Shown here: positions 42,265 to 52,343 of the stretch, in pieces
Numbering within the stretch: position 1 is the stretch's first letter
Layout of the letters: every line of letters starts with the position of its first letter
NCBI GenBank assembly: GCA_963810935.1
Contig: CAWEPK010000017.1
Coordinates: forward strand, 64,001 to 128,000
Origin: an uncultured delta proteobacterium
GTDB taxonomy: Bacteria > Desulfobacterota > Syntrophorhabdia > Syntrophorhabdales > WCHB1-27
Reading direction: 5' to 3'
Length of the DNA stretch: 64,000 nucleotides
The notes under the pieces: generated by a model
What the model was told of the DNA's origin: nothing
The model's database searches: none
What the model saw: the letters and a program-made list of their open reading frames with translations, nothing else
Made by a program: the position numbers and the translations under genes

Positions 42265-43326
42265 CTACCACCTGAAGTCCTGTGTCGTCCAACCCGACAT
42301 ACACCTTTCGCGCATCCGCGCATACATCACCGGCAGATCCGCCGCACTCGCCCCCATCAGCGGCGCAATGCACTTCATTGCCCTTACCGCTCCCCACGCC
42401 CTTTGTCTCCCGTAGCCCGTGTGCGCCTGCGCCATATACCGCGCAGTCTTATACAGCGCGTACCCCCTCATCCGCCGGCGCGCCTCCGAATCGTGCGCAG
42501 CATGCTTGCATACCACGTACGCCCTGTTCAGTACCTGCATGACGCCCCATGCGGTCCCATTGACGCGCGCCTCCGGCGCCCGGTTATGGAAGACCCGGGC
42601 GTTTTCCGCATCGACCAGGAGGTGGCTGCCGAGGACTGCAAGGCTCGCATCGTAATCCTCGAACAGGGCATACGTACCCAGCGTCTCGTCGAAGCCCGTT
42701 TTCCGGATCAGGTCCGCCCTGAAGGACATCCTGAAGCCGGGCAGGGCCGTGGCGGGTGTTGCGCCGGCGGCCGCGAGCCAGGCCGGCCTTCCTATCCTTG
42801 CGCTCCGCGAATCGGCTTCCACAAAGAACGGGTCCGGAAACAGCCTGTATTCCAGGGAATCGATGAAACGGCCGACGGAGAGCTGGAGCTTGTCGCGGAG
42901 GGCCATGCGGTACGCCGGGGGCGCACACCCGGACATGCCGGGCGGCAAGGCGGCAACTTCCGTCCCCCCTACCCCGCCTATCGTCTCTTCCGCGTCCGTC
43001 TCGTAGACGCGCATGACGGAATCGGAAAAACCCGGGAACCAGAGGGCGTCGTCGTCGGGGAACATCGCGACAGGCGAGAGCGCGGCATCGAGCCCTGTGT
43101 TGCGCTGGAGGGAGGAGCCGGGCGCGGACCGCAGCACTACGAGGCGCACACCGGGGGCTACATCCCGCGCGATCTGCGCGACGGTCCTCGCGGCCTCCTT
43201 ATGGTTATCGCTCGAATCGACCACGATGAGGCTGCGGGGAAGGCGCGACTGGGAGAGCATCAGCGGAAGGGAAAGCCGCAGGGCCTCCACCCTGTTTCGG
43301 GTGGCAATGACGATATCGAAATCCAA
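42265..43326 (-). CDS. Glycosyltransferase family 2 protein
   Basis: DIVIATRNR, LIVVDSSD, QRNTG, MFPDDD, GFDE..Y..FEDYD; start (TTG) uncertain. Confidence 0.85.
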   Translation of the reverse strand: MDFDIVIATRNRVEALRLSLPLMLSQSRLPRSLIVVDSSDNHKEAARTVAQIARDVAPGVRLVVLRSAPGSSLQRNTGLDAALSPVAMFPDDDALWFPGFSDSVMRVYETDAEETIGGVGGTEVAALPPGMSGCAPPAYRMALRDKLQLSVGRFIDSLEYRLFPDPFFVEADSRSARIGRPAWLAAAGATPATALPGFRMSFRADLIRKTGFDETLGTYALFEDYDASLAVLGSHLLVDAENARVFHNRAPEARVNGTAWGVMQVLNRAYVVCKHAAHDSEARRRMRGYALYKTARYMAQAHTGYGRQRAWGAVRAMKCIAPLMGASAADLPVMYARMRERCMSGWTTQDFRW

Positions 43327-43539
43327 AATCCTTACCTTACCGTTTTTAAATAAAAGCACAAACGGAAGGGTTGCCAAGGGAAGCGAAAAGCGGCCTCCGG
43401 GAGCGAGGCCGCACGATTTGACAATCGATGGAAGCGGCCTCAGATTAAGGTATGGCCGGTCCTACAGGGACCGGGGCTAACCTGATAAAACGCACGTAAG
43501 CGAAAGAGGAGACGACCGCATGTTTGCAGGCGCTGCATC

Positions 43540-45045
43540 ATGATGCTCTCCGATCTTATAGACCTCTTCGGCGCCCTGAACGTCCTCGTTATAGGGGACG
43601 CCATGATGGACGTCTACCTCGAAGGGGTGGTCCAGCGGATCTGCAGGGAGGCGCCCTGCCCCATAGTGGACGTCCTCGACCGGCAAGAGGCTGCCGGGGG
43701 AGCAGCCAACACGGCCCTCAACGTCGCCTCGATGGGCGCGCAGGCGACCTTCCTGTCCGTCACGGGCGACGATGAGGAAGGAAGGGCCCTTCGCCGCATG
43801 CTTGACGGGTCGGGCGTGGATATAGACAATCTCCTCGTGGAAAAAGGCAGGGTCACGCTTACGAAGAACAGGCTGACATCCAATTCGAGGATCGTGATGA
43901 GGTTCGACCAGGGGACTACGGCGCCCGTAAGCAAGGCCGTCGAGAGCGCGCTCGTAGAAAGGCTCTGCTCGCTGTTCCCGAAAATGGACGCGGTGGTCAT
44001 ATCGGATTACTGCTACGGGGCAATCACCCCCGGACTTATAGATACGCTGAGGAAGCTTCAATCATCGGCGCCGAGGACCGTCGTGGTCGATTCGAGGCGC
44101 CTGCCGGAATACAGGTCCCTCCGCGTGACATCGGTCAAACCCAACATCGAAGAGACGCTGGACCTGCTGGGTTTCCCGGAAGACGCCTCGCCGGAAGAGA
44201 TAGCGCGTAAGGCCGACCTGCTCCTCGACCTTACGGGGGCCCGCGTAGCGGCTGTGACCCTCGACTCCAAAGGCGCCTTATTCCTGGAGAGGGGCGAGAA
44301 GCCCTACCGGACGCACGCTGTGCCCGCCGCCGAAACGAAGGTCATCGGCGCGGGCGACACGTTCACTGCCGCCCTCGCGTTGTGCCTCGCCCTCAACGCG
44401 CCTACGCCGGCGGCTGCGGAGGTCGCGTCCGCAGCGTCCGCCGTCGTCGTGGAGAAAGAGGGGACGACGGCGTGCAGCGCGGGCGAGCTGAAGGAATACT
44501 TGGTTCCCGGCGGTAAATACATCTGCGGGCCGGAGCGGCTCGCCGAGCACGTAGATCGGTACAGGGGCCGTGGACTGCGCATCGTCTTCACGAACGGCTG
44601 CTTCGATATCCTCCACAGGGGTCATATAACCTACCTCAACCAGGCAAAGGAATTGGGCGACGTGCTCATCGTCGGCGTCAACTCGGACGCGGGGGTCCGC
44701 AGGCTGAAAGGGGCCGGACGGCCCGTCAACAACCTTGAGGACCGGATCCGCGTGCTCGCTGCGCTTGCCTGCGTAGACCATATCATCGCGTTCGAGGAAG
44801 AGACGCCGGCCGAATTGATAAAGGTGGTGCGCCCCGACGTCTTCACGAAGGGCGGCGACTATACAATCGCCACCCTGCCCGAAGCCTCGCTCGTGAGCAG
44901 CCTGGGCGGGCAGGTCCACATCCTACCCTACGTCGACAACGTCTCGACCACCGGCATCATCGACCGCATGAAGAGGATGCCGGAAAAAACGCAGGCCCTC
45001 CGGCCGGGAGGGGATATCGTTCTGGAGCCCGCCGGCACGGGATAG
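43540..45045 (+). CDS. hldE: Bifunctional heptose-7-phosphate kinase/heptose-1-phosphate adenylyltransferase
   Basis: VIGDAMMD, GGAANTA, ISDY, GAGDT (PfkB); FTNGCFDILHRGH, VGVNSD, KGGDY, STT. Confidence 0.9.
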   Translation: MMLSDLIDLFGALNVLVIGDAMMDVYLEGVVQRICREAPCPIVDVLDRQEAAGGAANTALNVASMGAQATFLSVTGDDEEGRALRRMLDGSGVDIDNLLVEKGRVTLTKNRLTSNSRIVMRFDQGTTAPVSKAVESALVERLCSLFPKMDAVVISDYCYGAITPGLIDTLRKLQSSAPRTVVVDSRRLPEYRSLRVTSVKPNIEETLDLLGFPEDASPEEIARKADLLLDLTGARVAAVTLDSKGALFLERGEKPYRTHAVPAAETKVIGAGDTFTAALALCLALNAPTPAAAEVASAASAVVVEKEGTTACSAGELKEYLVPGGKYICGPERLAEHVDRYRGRGLRIVFTNGCFDILHRGHITYLNQAKELGDVLIVGVNSDAGVRRLKGAGRPVNNLEDRIRVLAALACVDHIIAFEEETPAELIKVVRPDVFTKGGDYTIATLPEASLVSSLGGQVHILPYVDNVSTTGIIDRMKRMPEKTQALRPGGDIVLEPAGTG

Positions 45046-45070
45046 GGGCGCGGCCTTCCGGGTTTTTCGT

Positions 45071-46411
45071 ATGGATTTCACTTACCTGTCGCGACTCCAA
45101 TTCGCCCTCACGACGATGTTCCACATACTGTGGCCCGTATGCGTCATCGGCCTCGGCATTTTTCTTTTCATCGTCGAGGCCCTCTGGCTCATCACTAAAG
45201 ACGGCGACTACTACGTACACGCCCGCTTCTGGGGACGCGTCTTTCTTCTTTATGTCGCCATCGGCGTAGTCACAGGCATCCCCCTCGAATTCGAGTTCGG
45301 CACAAACTGGGCGCCTTTCGCGCGGTCGGCGGGCGACTTCTTCGGCAACATGCTCGGCTTCGAGGCGGCGATGGCCTTCATGCTGGAGGCGAGCTTCCTG
45401 GGCATCATGCTTTTCGGCTGGCGCAGGGTCAGCCCGGCCATGCACCTCGTCTCGACAGGCATGGTCGCCTTCGGCGCCACCCTCTCGGCCTTCTGGATCA
45501 TGGTGGGCAACTCCTGGATGCAGACCCCCTCGGGTGGCGTGTTTCATAACGGCAAGTTCGTTGTCCAAAGCTACGCAGAGGCGATCTTCAACCCGAATAT
45601 GCCGTGGGGCGTCTCCCACATGTTGGTGGCCGCCATTCAGATATCGCTCTTTGTAGTGGGCGGCGTCAGCGCGTGGTACATCCTGAAAGGCAGGAACGCC
45701 GGTCTTTTCCTCAAGTCCTTCAAAATCGCCCTCGTGGCGGCAATCCTGGTCACGCCGCTCCAGGTCTACTTGGGCGACGGCTCCGGCCGCTCGGCCTATA
45801 AATACCAGCCCGCCAAGCTGGCCGCGATGGAATCGACGTGGGAGACGAACCGCGCAGGCGCCGGCGCACCCTGGCACGTGGTTGCCTGGCCCGACCCTAA
45901 GGCTGAGAGGAACCTCTGGTCCATCGATGTACCGTACGCCCTGAGCATCATCACTACAAGGACGCTGACGGGGCAGATAAAGGGGCTGAAGTCGTTTCCG
46001 CCGGATGACCGGCCGCCCATACTGATGCCTTTCTACGGCTTCCGCATCATGGTCCTCGTCGGTTTTCTTTCGGTTCTCCTCATGCTGTGGACGCTACGGG
46101 CGTGGGCCAAAAGAAGGCTTTCGGCAGAGCGGATAGGCGGCCAGAGGATGCTGCTTTACGCGTGGATGGCGGCAGCGCCGCTCAACTACCTCGCGATGGA
46201 GGCGGGATGGGTCACGCGCGAGGTGGGGAGGCAGCCTTACATAGTGTACGGGTTCTTAAGGACGTCCGGGTCGGCAAGCGCCTTGCCTGCAGGCGCGGGC
46301 TTTTCGCTTTTCGCCTTCGCGGCCGTCTACCTCGTGCTGCTCGCTGCATTTTGCGTCTTCGGGGCGATGGTCCTGGCGCGTGGCCCGGTGCATGAGCCGC
46401 CGGTGATATAG
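45071..46411 (+). CDS. cydA: Cytochrome bd ubiquinol oxidase subunit I (short Q-loop)
   Basis: LSRLQFA..FHILW, FEFGTNW, NSWMQTP, QPAKLAAME, FRIMV, GWVTREVGRQP. Confidence 0.95.
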   Translation: MDFTYLSRLQFALTTMFHILWPVCVIGLGIFLFIVEALWLITKDGDYYVHARFWGRVFLLYVAIGVVTGIPLEFEFGTNWAPFARSAGDFFGNMLGFEAAMAFMLEASFLGIMLFGWRRVSPAMHLVSTGMVAFGATLSAFWIMVGNSWMQTPSGGVFHNGKFVVQSYAEAIFNPNMPWGVSHMLVAAIQISLFVVGGVSAWYILKGRNAGLFLKSFKIALVAAILVTPLQVYLGDGSGRSAYKYQPAKLAAMESTWETNRAGAGAPWHVVAWPDPKAERNLWSIDVPYALSIITTRTLTGQIKGLKSFPPDDRPPILMPFYGFRIMVLVGFLSVLLMLWTLRAWAKRRLSAERIGGQRMLLYAWMAAAPLNYLAMEAGWVTREVGRQPYIVYGFLRTSGSASALPAGAGFSLFAFAAVYLVLLAAFCVFGAMVLARGPVHEPPVI

Positions 46412-46420
46412 GGGGAAGAT

Positions 46421-47455
46421 ATGGAGCAGGCTTCTGCCGGTCTCCTTGCGATGGCGAAGGCGTATTTGCCGGAGCTGTGGGTCGTCCTCATCGTCCTGTT
46501 TCTGCTCTATTACGCAGTTACGGACGGCTTCGACCTCGGCGTGGGGATCGTCTCGCTTTTCACGCCGGGCGCTGAAGACCGGAAAAGGATGATCGGAAGC
46601 ATAAAGGGCGTCTGGTCCGGGAACCAGACGTGGCTCGTAGTGCTGGGGGGAATGCTCTTCGGCGCATTCCCGATCTTTTACAGCGTGCTCCTCTCCGCGC
46701 TCTATATCCCCATGGCCCTGATGCTGATCGCCTTCATTTTCAGGGGCATCGGGATCGACCTGGGCGAGCAGTACGGGTACGCCCCTTTCTGGCGCTACTC
46801 CTTCGGCATCGGGAGCCTGGCTGCGACGCTCGCGCAGGGCCTTGCCCTGGGTGGCCTCCTCAGCGGGATAACCCTTAAAGACGGCATTTTCGCAGGGGGC
46901 GTCTGGGACTGGCTCAACCCGTTCGCCCTCCTGATTACGGCAGGCGTCCTTTTCGGCTATACGATGCTCGGGGGAAATTTCCTCGTCTGGAAGCTCGAAG
47001 GGCCGATCGAGGACAGGGCAAGGCGGTTCGCGCTGGCCGCCTCTGTCGCGGCAGGCATCGTGTCTGCGGCCACGTGGGTCTGGGTCGTGCTCCGCTACCC
47101 CTTCTTTGCGCAGAAGATTTACGCGTGGCCCGGCCTTCTTTTCATCATGCTCTTCCCCGTCCTCGCGCTCTTCTCCTTCGTCATGTTCCTGCGGGCCATA
47201 CTGAAGCGGCGCGACCTCTCCCCGCTTCTCTGGAACATCGCCATCATCCTGTTCTCGTTCCTGGGGCTTTCGATAGGCTTCTGGCCTTACATGATACCGG
47301 GCATCGCCGGGCCTGTAACCTTCCGGGCCGCGGCTGCCTCGCAGCCCACGCTCGTTTTCATGTTCATCGCGATGGTCGTTTTAACGCCGATCATCCTCGT
47401 CTACCACAACTACCAGTACTGGGTCTTCAGGGGGAAAGCGCGGGAAGGCGAGTAG
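46421..47455 (+). CDS. cydB: Cytochrome bd ubiquinol oxidase subunit II
   Basis: DGFDLGVG, WSGNQTWLV..GG.LFGAFP, YWVFRGK. Confidence 0.95.
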   Translation: MEQASAGLLAMAKAYLPELWVVLIVLFLLYYAVTDGFDLGVGIVSLFTPGAEDRKRMIGSIKGVWSGNQTWLVVLGGMLFGAFPIFYSVLLSALYIPMALMLIAFIFRGIGIDLGEQYGYAPFWRYSFGIGSLAATLAQGLALGGLLSGITLKDGIFAGGVWDWLNPFALLITAGVLFGYTMLGGNFLVWKLEGPIEDRARRFALAASVAAGIVSAATWVWVVLRYPFFAQKIYAWPGLLFIMLFPVLALFSFVMFLRAILKRRDLSPLLWNIAIILFSFLGLSIGFWPYMIPGIAGPVTFRAAAASQPTLVFMFIAMVVLTPIILVYHNYQYWVFRGKAREGE

Positions 47456-47476
47456 GATGACCGGCAAGGAAAAGAT

Positions 47477-47893
47477 ATGGAGGACCATATGGAACAGACA
47501 TTGAAGCAAATCGATCTCCCGCACCTCGTCGTCACGCTGCGGGAGCAGACAGCGGGGCTGGTCAGGTCGCAGGTCGCCCTGGCCCGCGCGGAGATGGGCG
47601 GCGTCGCACGCCGGGCCGTCAGGTACGCAATGTTTATGGTAGTGGGCGCTCTTATCCTTGCTGCGGGCCTGATCGCCGCAATTGCGACTGCGGTTGCCGT
47701 TATCGCCCTCTTCCTGCCGGTCTGGTTGTCGGTCCTGGTAGTCGCGGCTGCGCTGATAGTTGCGGGCCTTGCGCTGATCCTGAGGGCCGCATCGAAGTTC
47801 AGGCACATGCGATGGCTGCCGGTGAAAACCATCGAGACGTGGAAGGAAAGCCTGCGGGGACTGATAAGAGAGAGGCAAAGAGAAAAGATCTAG
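47477..47893 (+). CDS. Holin-X-like (phage holin family) membrane protein
   Basis: LVRSQVALARAEM followed by two TM helices and P.KTIET.KE. Confidence 0.7.
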   Translation: MEDHMEQTLKQIDLPHLVVTLREQTAGLVRSQVALARAEMGGVARRAVRYAMFMVVGALILAAGLIAAIATAVAVIALFLPVWLSVLVVAAALIVAGLALILRAASKFRHMRWLPVKTIETWKESLRGLIRERQREKI

Positions 47894-48110
47894 AAGCAAA
47901 GGCGTTTTACCGGGGCCGGGACTCGCACATTTTGCAGGATCGCGATTCCGAACAGGCACGGGTCCGGCCGCAATACACGTATCCTTCTCACCGCCGCCAG
48001 CCTTTACCTATTCCATCCACAACTTTGAGCGCACTCATTTAACTCTTGCAATAACGTGCCCGTTAGGCTATGGTTTCGTTCGTCGGTATAAAAGCACGGA
48101 GGTTATCGAA

Positions 48111-48689
48111 ATGAAGAAAGCGCTTCTGCTCGTTCTTGTCGTATTCGCGGCGGGGATCCTCGGCTGCTCGTCCATGCAGCAATACAGTACTTATCAGACT
48201 GATATGTCGAAAGCTAAGAAGATGCTGGACAACGCCGATTACAAGCAGGCGCTCGAAAGCTTCGTAGACGCGGCAAAGGCCATGCCGAAGGAGCCGGACC
48301 CTTACGCCTACGCTGCGACGGCGAGCTATAAACTGAACAACATCGAGGCCGCGTCCGGCTACATCCGGGATGCGGTACAACTGAACAAGAGCAGCGACGC
48401 CTATATCCGCATCCTGGGCTACAAGGCGCTGATCCTCCTGAGGCAGGGCAGGCATAAAGAGGGAATGGACGCCTTGAATGATTATATCCAAAATTACGAA
48501 CAACAATACGCGGCAAGGAACGTCCGCGACATCAAGGCCATGTGGCGGAGCAACAAGATAGACCTCCCCACCCTGGAGCAGTACCTGGACGAAGGGATAA
48601 CGACATTCGAAAGCGATATGGAGATGTTCCGCAAGTCGGGCGCGGGATGGTTCGCGGCGAAGTACGGCCCGGCGCCGTCAGGGCGGTGA
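48111..48689 (+). CDS. Lipoprotein with TPR-like helices
   Basis: MKK-hydrophobic-ILGC lipobox; GGAGG RBS. Confidence 0.75.
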   Translation: MKKALLLVLVVFAAGILGCSSMQQYSTYQTDMSKAKKMLDNADYKQALESFVDAAKAMPKEPDPYAYAATASYKLNNIEAASGYIRDAVQLNKSSDAYIRILGYKALILLRQGRHKEGMDALNDYIQNYEQQYAARNVRDIKAMWRSNKIDLPTLEQYLDEGITTFESDMEMFRKSGAGWFAAKYGPAPSGR

Positions 48690-49012
48690 AAGGAAGTCCG
48701 CCCCCCCTAAACCGACCAAACGCTGCCATTCGGGCGCATGTGGCCACAATGAGGCCCAGGCGCCCGTTTCTTTTGGCTTCCCGGTCCGTTCCTTTTTGAT
48801 TGACACGGGCCTCTCCGATTGGATAACATTATTCGGCTGATGGTGGTGCCTGCCTTCTGGGGTACAGTATGCAGTCCCAACATCGGCAAAAAAGCACGGA
48901 AAGGCAAACGGCCCTCCGGGCCGGCCCGGTTTCAGCCATCGGGTCGGGACGGGGCCGGTCGCACGGAGAGCTTGCCGGTGTTCACGCCGGCCCAACCATA
49001 TAGGAGGATGAC

Positions 49013-50041
49013 ATGAAAAAAGAGATTTGCGTGGCCCTGGCTGCTATCGTCGCCGCAGCTTCGATATTCTGTTTTATGGCGCAGCCCGGCTTCGCCCAGG
49101 AAAAGACGTACAACCTGCGCTACGCCAACTTCTTCCCGGCGCCCCACAGGAACAGCCAGATGTCCGAGGCGTGGTGCAAGGAAGTGGAAAAGAGAACGAA
49201 CGGTAGGGTCAAGATCGCATATTTCCCCGGCGGCACGCTCACCCCGCCCGCCCAGACCTATGACAGCGTCACGACGGGCATCGCGGACATCGGCATGAGC
49301 GTCCTCAATTACACCAGGGGGAAATTCCCGCTCATGGACGCCATAAACCAGCCGATGGGCTACAAGAGCGCCTACGTCGTAACGAAGCTCGCCAATGATT
49401 TCTATAAAAAGTTCAAGCCGAAAGAACTGGACGACGTGAAGGTGATGTACCTCCACGGCCACGGCCCCGGCCTCCTGCACACCAAAAAGCCCGTCACGAA
49501 GCTTGAGGACGTAAAGGGGATGAAGGTGCGGGCATCAGGCAGCATCACCAGGATCGTTTACGCCCTTGGCGGCTCCCCTGTCGGGACCACCATGCCTGAG
49601 ACGTACGACGCCCTCCGCACCGGCGTAGCCGACGGCGCCCTGGCGCCATATGAGGCCCTGTACGGCTTCAAGTGGGGGGAGGTCGTCTCCTCCACCACCG
49701 AGTGCTATCCCATATCTTACACCGACATCGAATTCGTCGTTATGAACAAGGACAAATGGAACGCCCTTCCCCCCGACATCCAGAAGACGATAGAGAAGAT
49801 CAACGAAGAATGGATCGAAAAACAAGGGCGCCTCTGGGATGAGCTGGACAAGGAAGGCAAGGCATTCGTGCTAAAGAGGGGCAACAAGATCCAGACGCTC
49901 AGTGCAGAAGAGGGCGCGCGCTGGAAGGCAAAAGTACAGCCGCTCATCGATGACTATGTCAAGACCAACAAGGCCAAAGGCCTGCCGGCCGAAGCGGCCG
50001 TCAGGTTTGTCCAGGATTACCTGAAGGCAAACCAGAAGTAG
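49013..50041 (+). CDS. dctP: TRAP transporter substrate-binding protein
   Basis: Signal peptide; RTNGRVKIAYFPGGTL, KGMKVR, ETYDAL, MNKDKWNALPPDIQ. Confidence 0.92.
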   Translation: MKKEICVALAAIVAAASIFCFMAQPGFAQEKTYNLRYANFFPAPHRNSQMSEAWCKEVEKRTNGRVKIAYFPGGTLTPPAQTYDSVTTGIADIGMSVLNYTRGKFPLMDAINQPMGYKSAYVVTKLANDFYKKFKPKELDDVKVMYLHGHGPGLLHTKKPVTKLEDVKGMKVRASGSITRIVYALGGSPVGTTMPETYDALRTGVADGALAPYEALYGFKWGEVVSSTTECYPISYTDIEFVVMNKDKWNALPPDIQKTIEKINEEWIEKQGRLWDELDKEGKAFVLKRGNKIQTLSAEEGARWKAKVQPLIDDYVKTNKAKGLPAEAAVRFVQDYLKANQK

Positions 50042-50104
50042 TACGCATCCGCCCGCGTCCCGCGTTTTACGGGCGGCAGAGCAAAATGTTTTTCGGGAGG
50101 CGTC

Positions 50105-50587
50105 ATGCAAGGATTTTTCCGGCTGATTGAAAAGCTGGGCAAGCTGATGCAGGTCATCTCAGGCATTGCCCTCACCTTTATCATGCTCCTTACCGTTACC
50201 GACGTTGCCGGAAGGCTGGTCGGCCATCCGGTAGACGGCACGTTCGAGCTGGTGGGGCTGGGCGGGGCGGTCGTGATCGGCTTCGCCCTTCCCATAACGT
50301 CGTGGCTCAGAGGCCACATATTCGTCGATTTCCTCTACCAGAAGGCGCCGCCGGCCTTCCAGCGGGCGCTCCACGTGTGCACGAGGATCATCGTACTGGT
50401 GATGTTCGTCTTCATAGGCTGGAACCTCATCAAGCTGGGCTACAAGCTCTACATAACGGGCGAGGTGACGCTGACCCGCCAGTTGCCTTTCTATCCCATA
50501 GCGTACGGCCTGGGCGTCTGCTGCTTCATCCAGTGTCTCGTCGCCCTGTGCGAGATATGCAAGGTGGCGGGAGGTACTTATGAATGA
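50105..50587 (+). CDS. dctQ: TRAP transporter small permease
   Basis: DVAGR..PVDGTFELV..GHIFVD; four TM segments. Confidence 0.88.
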   Translation: MQGFFRLIEKLGKLMQVISGIALTFIMLLTVTDVAGRLVGHPVDGTFELVGLGGAVVIGFALPITSWLRGHIFVDFLYQKAPPAFQRALHVCTRIIVLVMFVFIGWNLIKLGYKLYITGEVTLTRQLPFYPIAYGLGVCCFIQCLVALCEICKVAGGTYE

Positions 50588-51884
50588 GGTCTGGGTAGGC
50601 ATCGTCGGTCTCACCGCCGTGCTCGTGCTCTTTCTTACGGGCATCGAGCTTGCGTTTGCAATGATCGCCATAGGGTTCGCCGGCTTCGCGTACCTGGTCT
50701 CCATGAAAGCGGCCTTCGACCTTCTGGCCAAGGACTTTTTCGACGTCCTCGATTCGTACGGGTTCACCGTCATCCCCCTCTTTATCCTGATGGGGCAAAT
50801 AGCTTTTAACTCAGGCATAGCGAGGAGGCTCTTCGACGCCGCCTACAAATTCATCGGCCACGTGCCGGGCGGCCTGGCAATGGCTACCGTTGCCGGGGCG
50901 ACCGCGTTCAAGTCGATATGCGGCTCCTCCCCCGCCACTGCGGCGACGTTCGCCAGTGTGGCCGTACCGGAAATGGACCGCTACGGGTACGACAGGAGGC
51001 TTTCCACGGGCGTCGTCGCTTCCGTCGGGACGCTTGGCATCCTCCTGCCGCCCTCCGTCACGCTTATTGTGTTCGGCATCATCACGGACCAGTCGATAGG
51101 CCGGCTCTTCCTGGCAGGCATCTGCCCGGGCCTTATGATAGCCGCCCTCTTCCTCTGCGTCATTTACGGGTGGTGCAGGATCAACCCGGCCCTCGGGCCG
51201 AAAGGCGCCCGCTCGTCATGGAGCCAGAGGATTAGGGCCGTCCCTGAAATCGCCTGGGTCGTCCTCGTCTTCGTGCTCGTGATCGGCGGCATCCTTAAAG
51301 GGTTCTTTACCCCGACGGAGGCAGGCAGCGTAGGCACGTTCCTGGTGCTGATACTTACTTTCGGCAAGCGCGACCTCAACATCAAAGGGTACATCAAGTC
51401 CGTCTCGGAGTCGGTGAGGACGGCCTGCATGGTCCTCGTGCTGATCGTCGGCTCCACGGTGCTCGGCCATTTCATCGCCGTCACCAGGATACCGATGATC
51501 GCCGCGGACTGGATAGTCTCCCTGCCTCTCCACCCGGCGCTGATCATGTTCCTCATCGCCATCATCTACGAGGTGGGCGGCTCTTTCATCGACGACATGG
51601 CGTTCATGATCCTCGCGACGCCGATCTTTTATCCCGCCATTATCAAGCTCGGCTACAACCCTCTCTGGTTCGGCATCCTGATAGGCATCACCGTTATGAT
51701 AGGCGTGGTGATACCGCCTGTGGCCATCAACGTCTTCGTGGTCAAGCAGATCACGAAGGCCTCCTTCAAAACGATTTACGACGGCGTCTATCCCTTCCTG
51801 ATAAGCCTCGTCGTCGGCGGCATCCTGGTCTTTATCTTCCCCCAGCTCGCCACCTGGCTCCCGAAGGTGCTAATGGGCGGATAA
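50580..51884 (+). CDS. dctM: TRAP transporter large permease
   Basis: IPLFILMG, GSSPAT, GTLGILLPPS, FTPTEAG; paralog of 17632..18933. Confidence 0.95.
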   Translation: MNEVWVGIVGLTAVLVLFLTGIELAFAMIAIGFAGFAYLVSMKAAFDLLAKDFFDVLDSYGFTVIPLFILMGQIAFNSGIARRLFDAAYKFIGHVPGGLAMATVAGATAFKSICGSSPATAATFASVAVPEMDRYGYDRRLSTGVVASVGTLGILLPPSVTLIVFGIITDQSIGRLFLAGICPGLMIAALFLCVIYGWCRINPALGPKGARSSWSQRIRAVPEIAWVVLVFVLVIGGILKGFFTPTEAGSVGTFLVLILTFGKRDLNIKGYIKSVSESVRTACMVLVLIVGSTVLGHFIAVTRIPMIAADWIVSLPLHPALIMFLIAIIYEVGGSFIDDMAFMILATPIFYPAIIKLGYNPLWFGILIGITVMIGVVIPPVAINVFVVKQITKASFKTIYDGVYPFLISLVVGGILVFIFPQLATWLPKVLMGG

Positions 51885-51921
51885 GGGGCATCATCCTTTC
51901 AGCCGTTTTTCCGCAGGATCG

Positions 51922-52030
51922 GCCGCCCGGCACTACGCCGGGCGGGCAATTATTGGGGTTCAGCACCCCCTCCAGCGGCATCAGCCGCATGGAGCCTCCC
52001 CGCTCGGCGCGGCGCTTCGCTTGCTTTATT
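51922..52030 (+). repeat. Single unit of structured repeat family A
   Basis: Linker hairpin, then TTATTGGGGTTCAGCACCCCCTC...GAGCCTCCCCGCTCGGCGCGGCGC-TTCGCTTGCTTTA. Confidence 0.9.
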
Positions 52031-52137
52031 ATAGACGCGGTTTTTTTAGGCGACCTCGGACATTTGACTTTAACCTCTCGCCGCCTTAGTTTCAAAACAG
52101 GGGTTACTACAAACAACATCATAATGAGGAGGTCGCT

Positions 52138-52302
52138 ATGCCGAGCTGCGAGGAGATGAAAAAGGGACAGGTTTACGAGTGCAAGGAGTGCGGCCTTCAG
52201 TTGCAGGTGGTCAAGGAATGCACGACCTGCACGACATCGACGTCATGCGGCTGCCCCTGCACCTTTTCTTGCTGTGAAAAAGAGCTGACCCTCAAGCAGT
52301 AG
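52138..52302 (+). CDS. 54-aa cysteine-rich protein (desulforedoxin/metallothionein-like), not in the ORF track
   Basis: GAGGAGGT RBS; translation MPSCEEMKKGQVYECKECGLQLQVVKECTTCTTSTSCGCPCTFSCCEKELTLKQ*. Confidence 0.8.
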   Translation: MPSCEEMKKGQVYECKECGLQLQVVKECTTCTTSTSCGCPCTFSCCEKELTLKQ

Positions 52303-52343
52303 GGGAAGCGCGCCGGGGACGTTTTTCCATGGGCGGCGCCCCT

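Noticed and set aside
47477..47893. Prophage suggested by the holin-like gene
   Set aside because: No endolysin, structural, terminase or integrase genes are nearby; holin-X-like proteins are common in non-phage contexts.
48800..49012. c-di-GMP-I or other riboswitch upstream of dctP (contains GGCAAAC)
   Set aside because: No GNRA-capped P2 stem or GCAAAG/P3 elements follow; only generic GC hairpins are visible. An Rfam scan would settle it.
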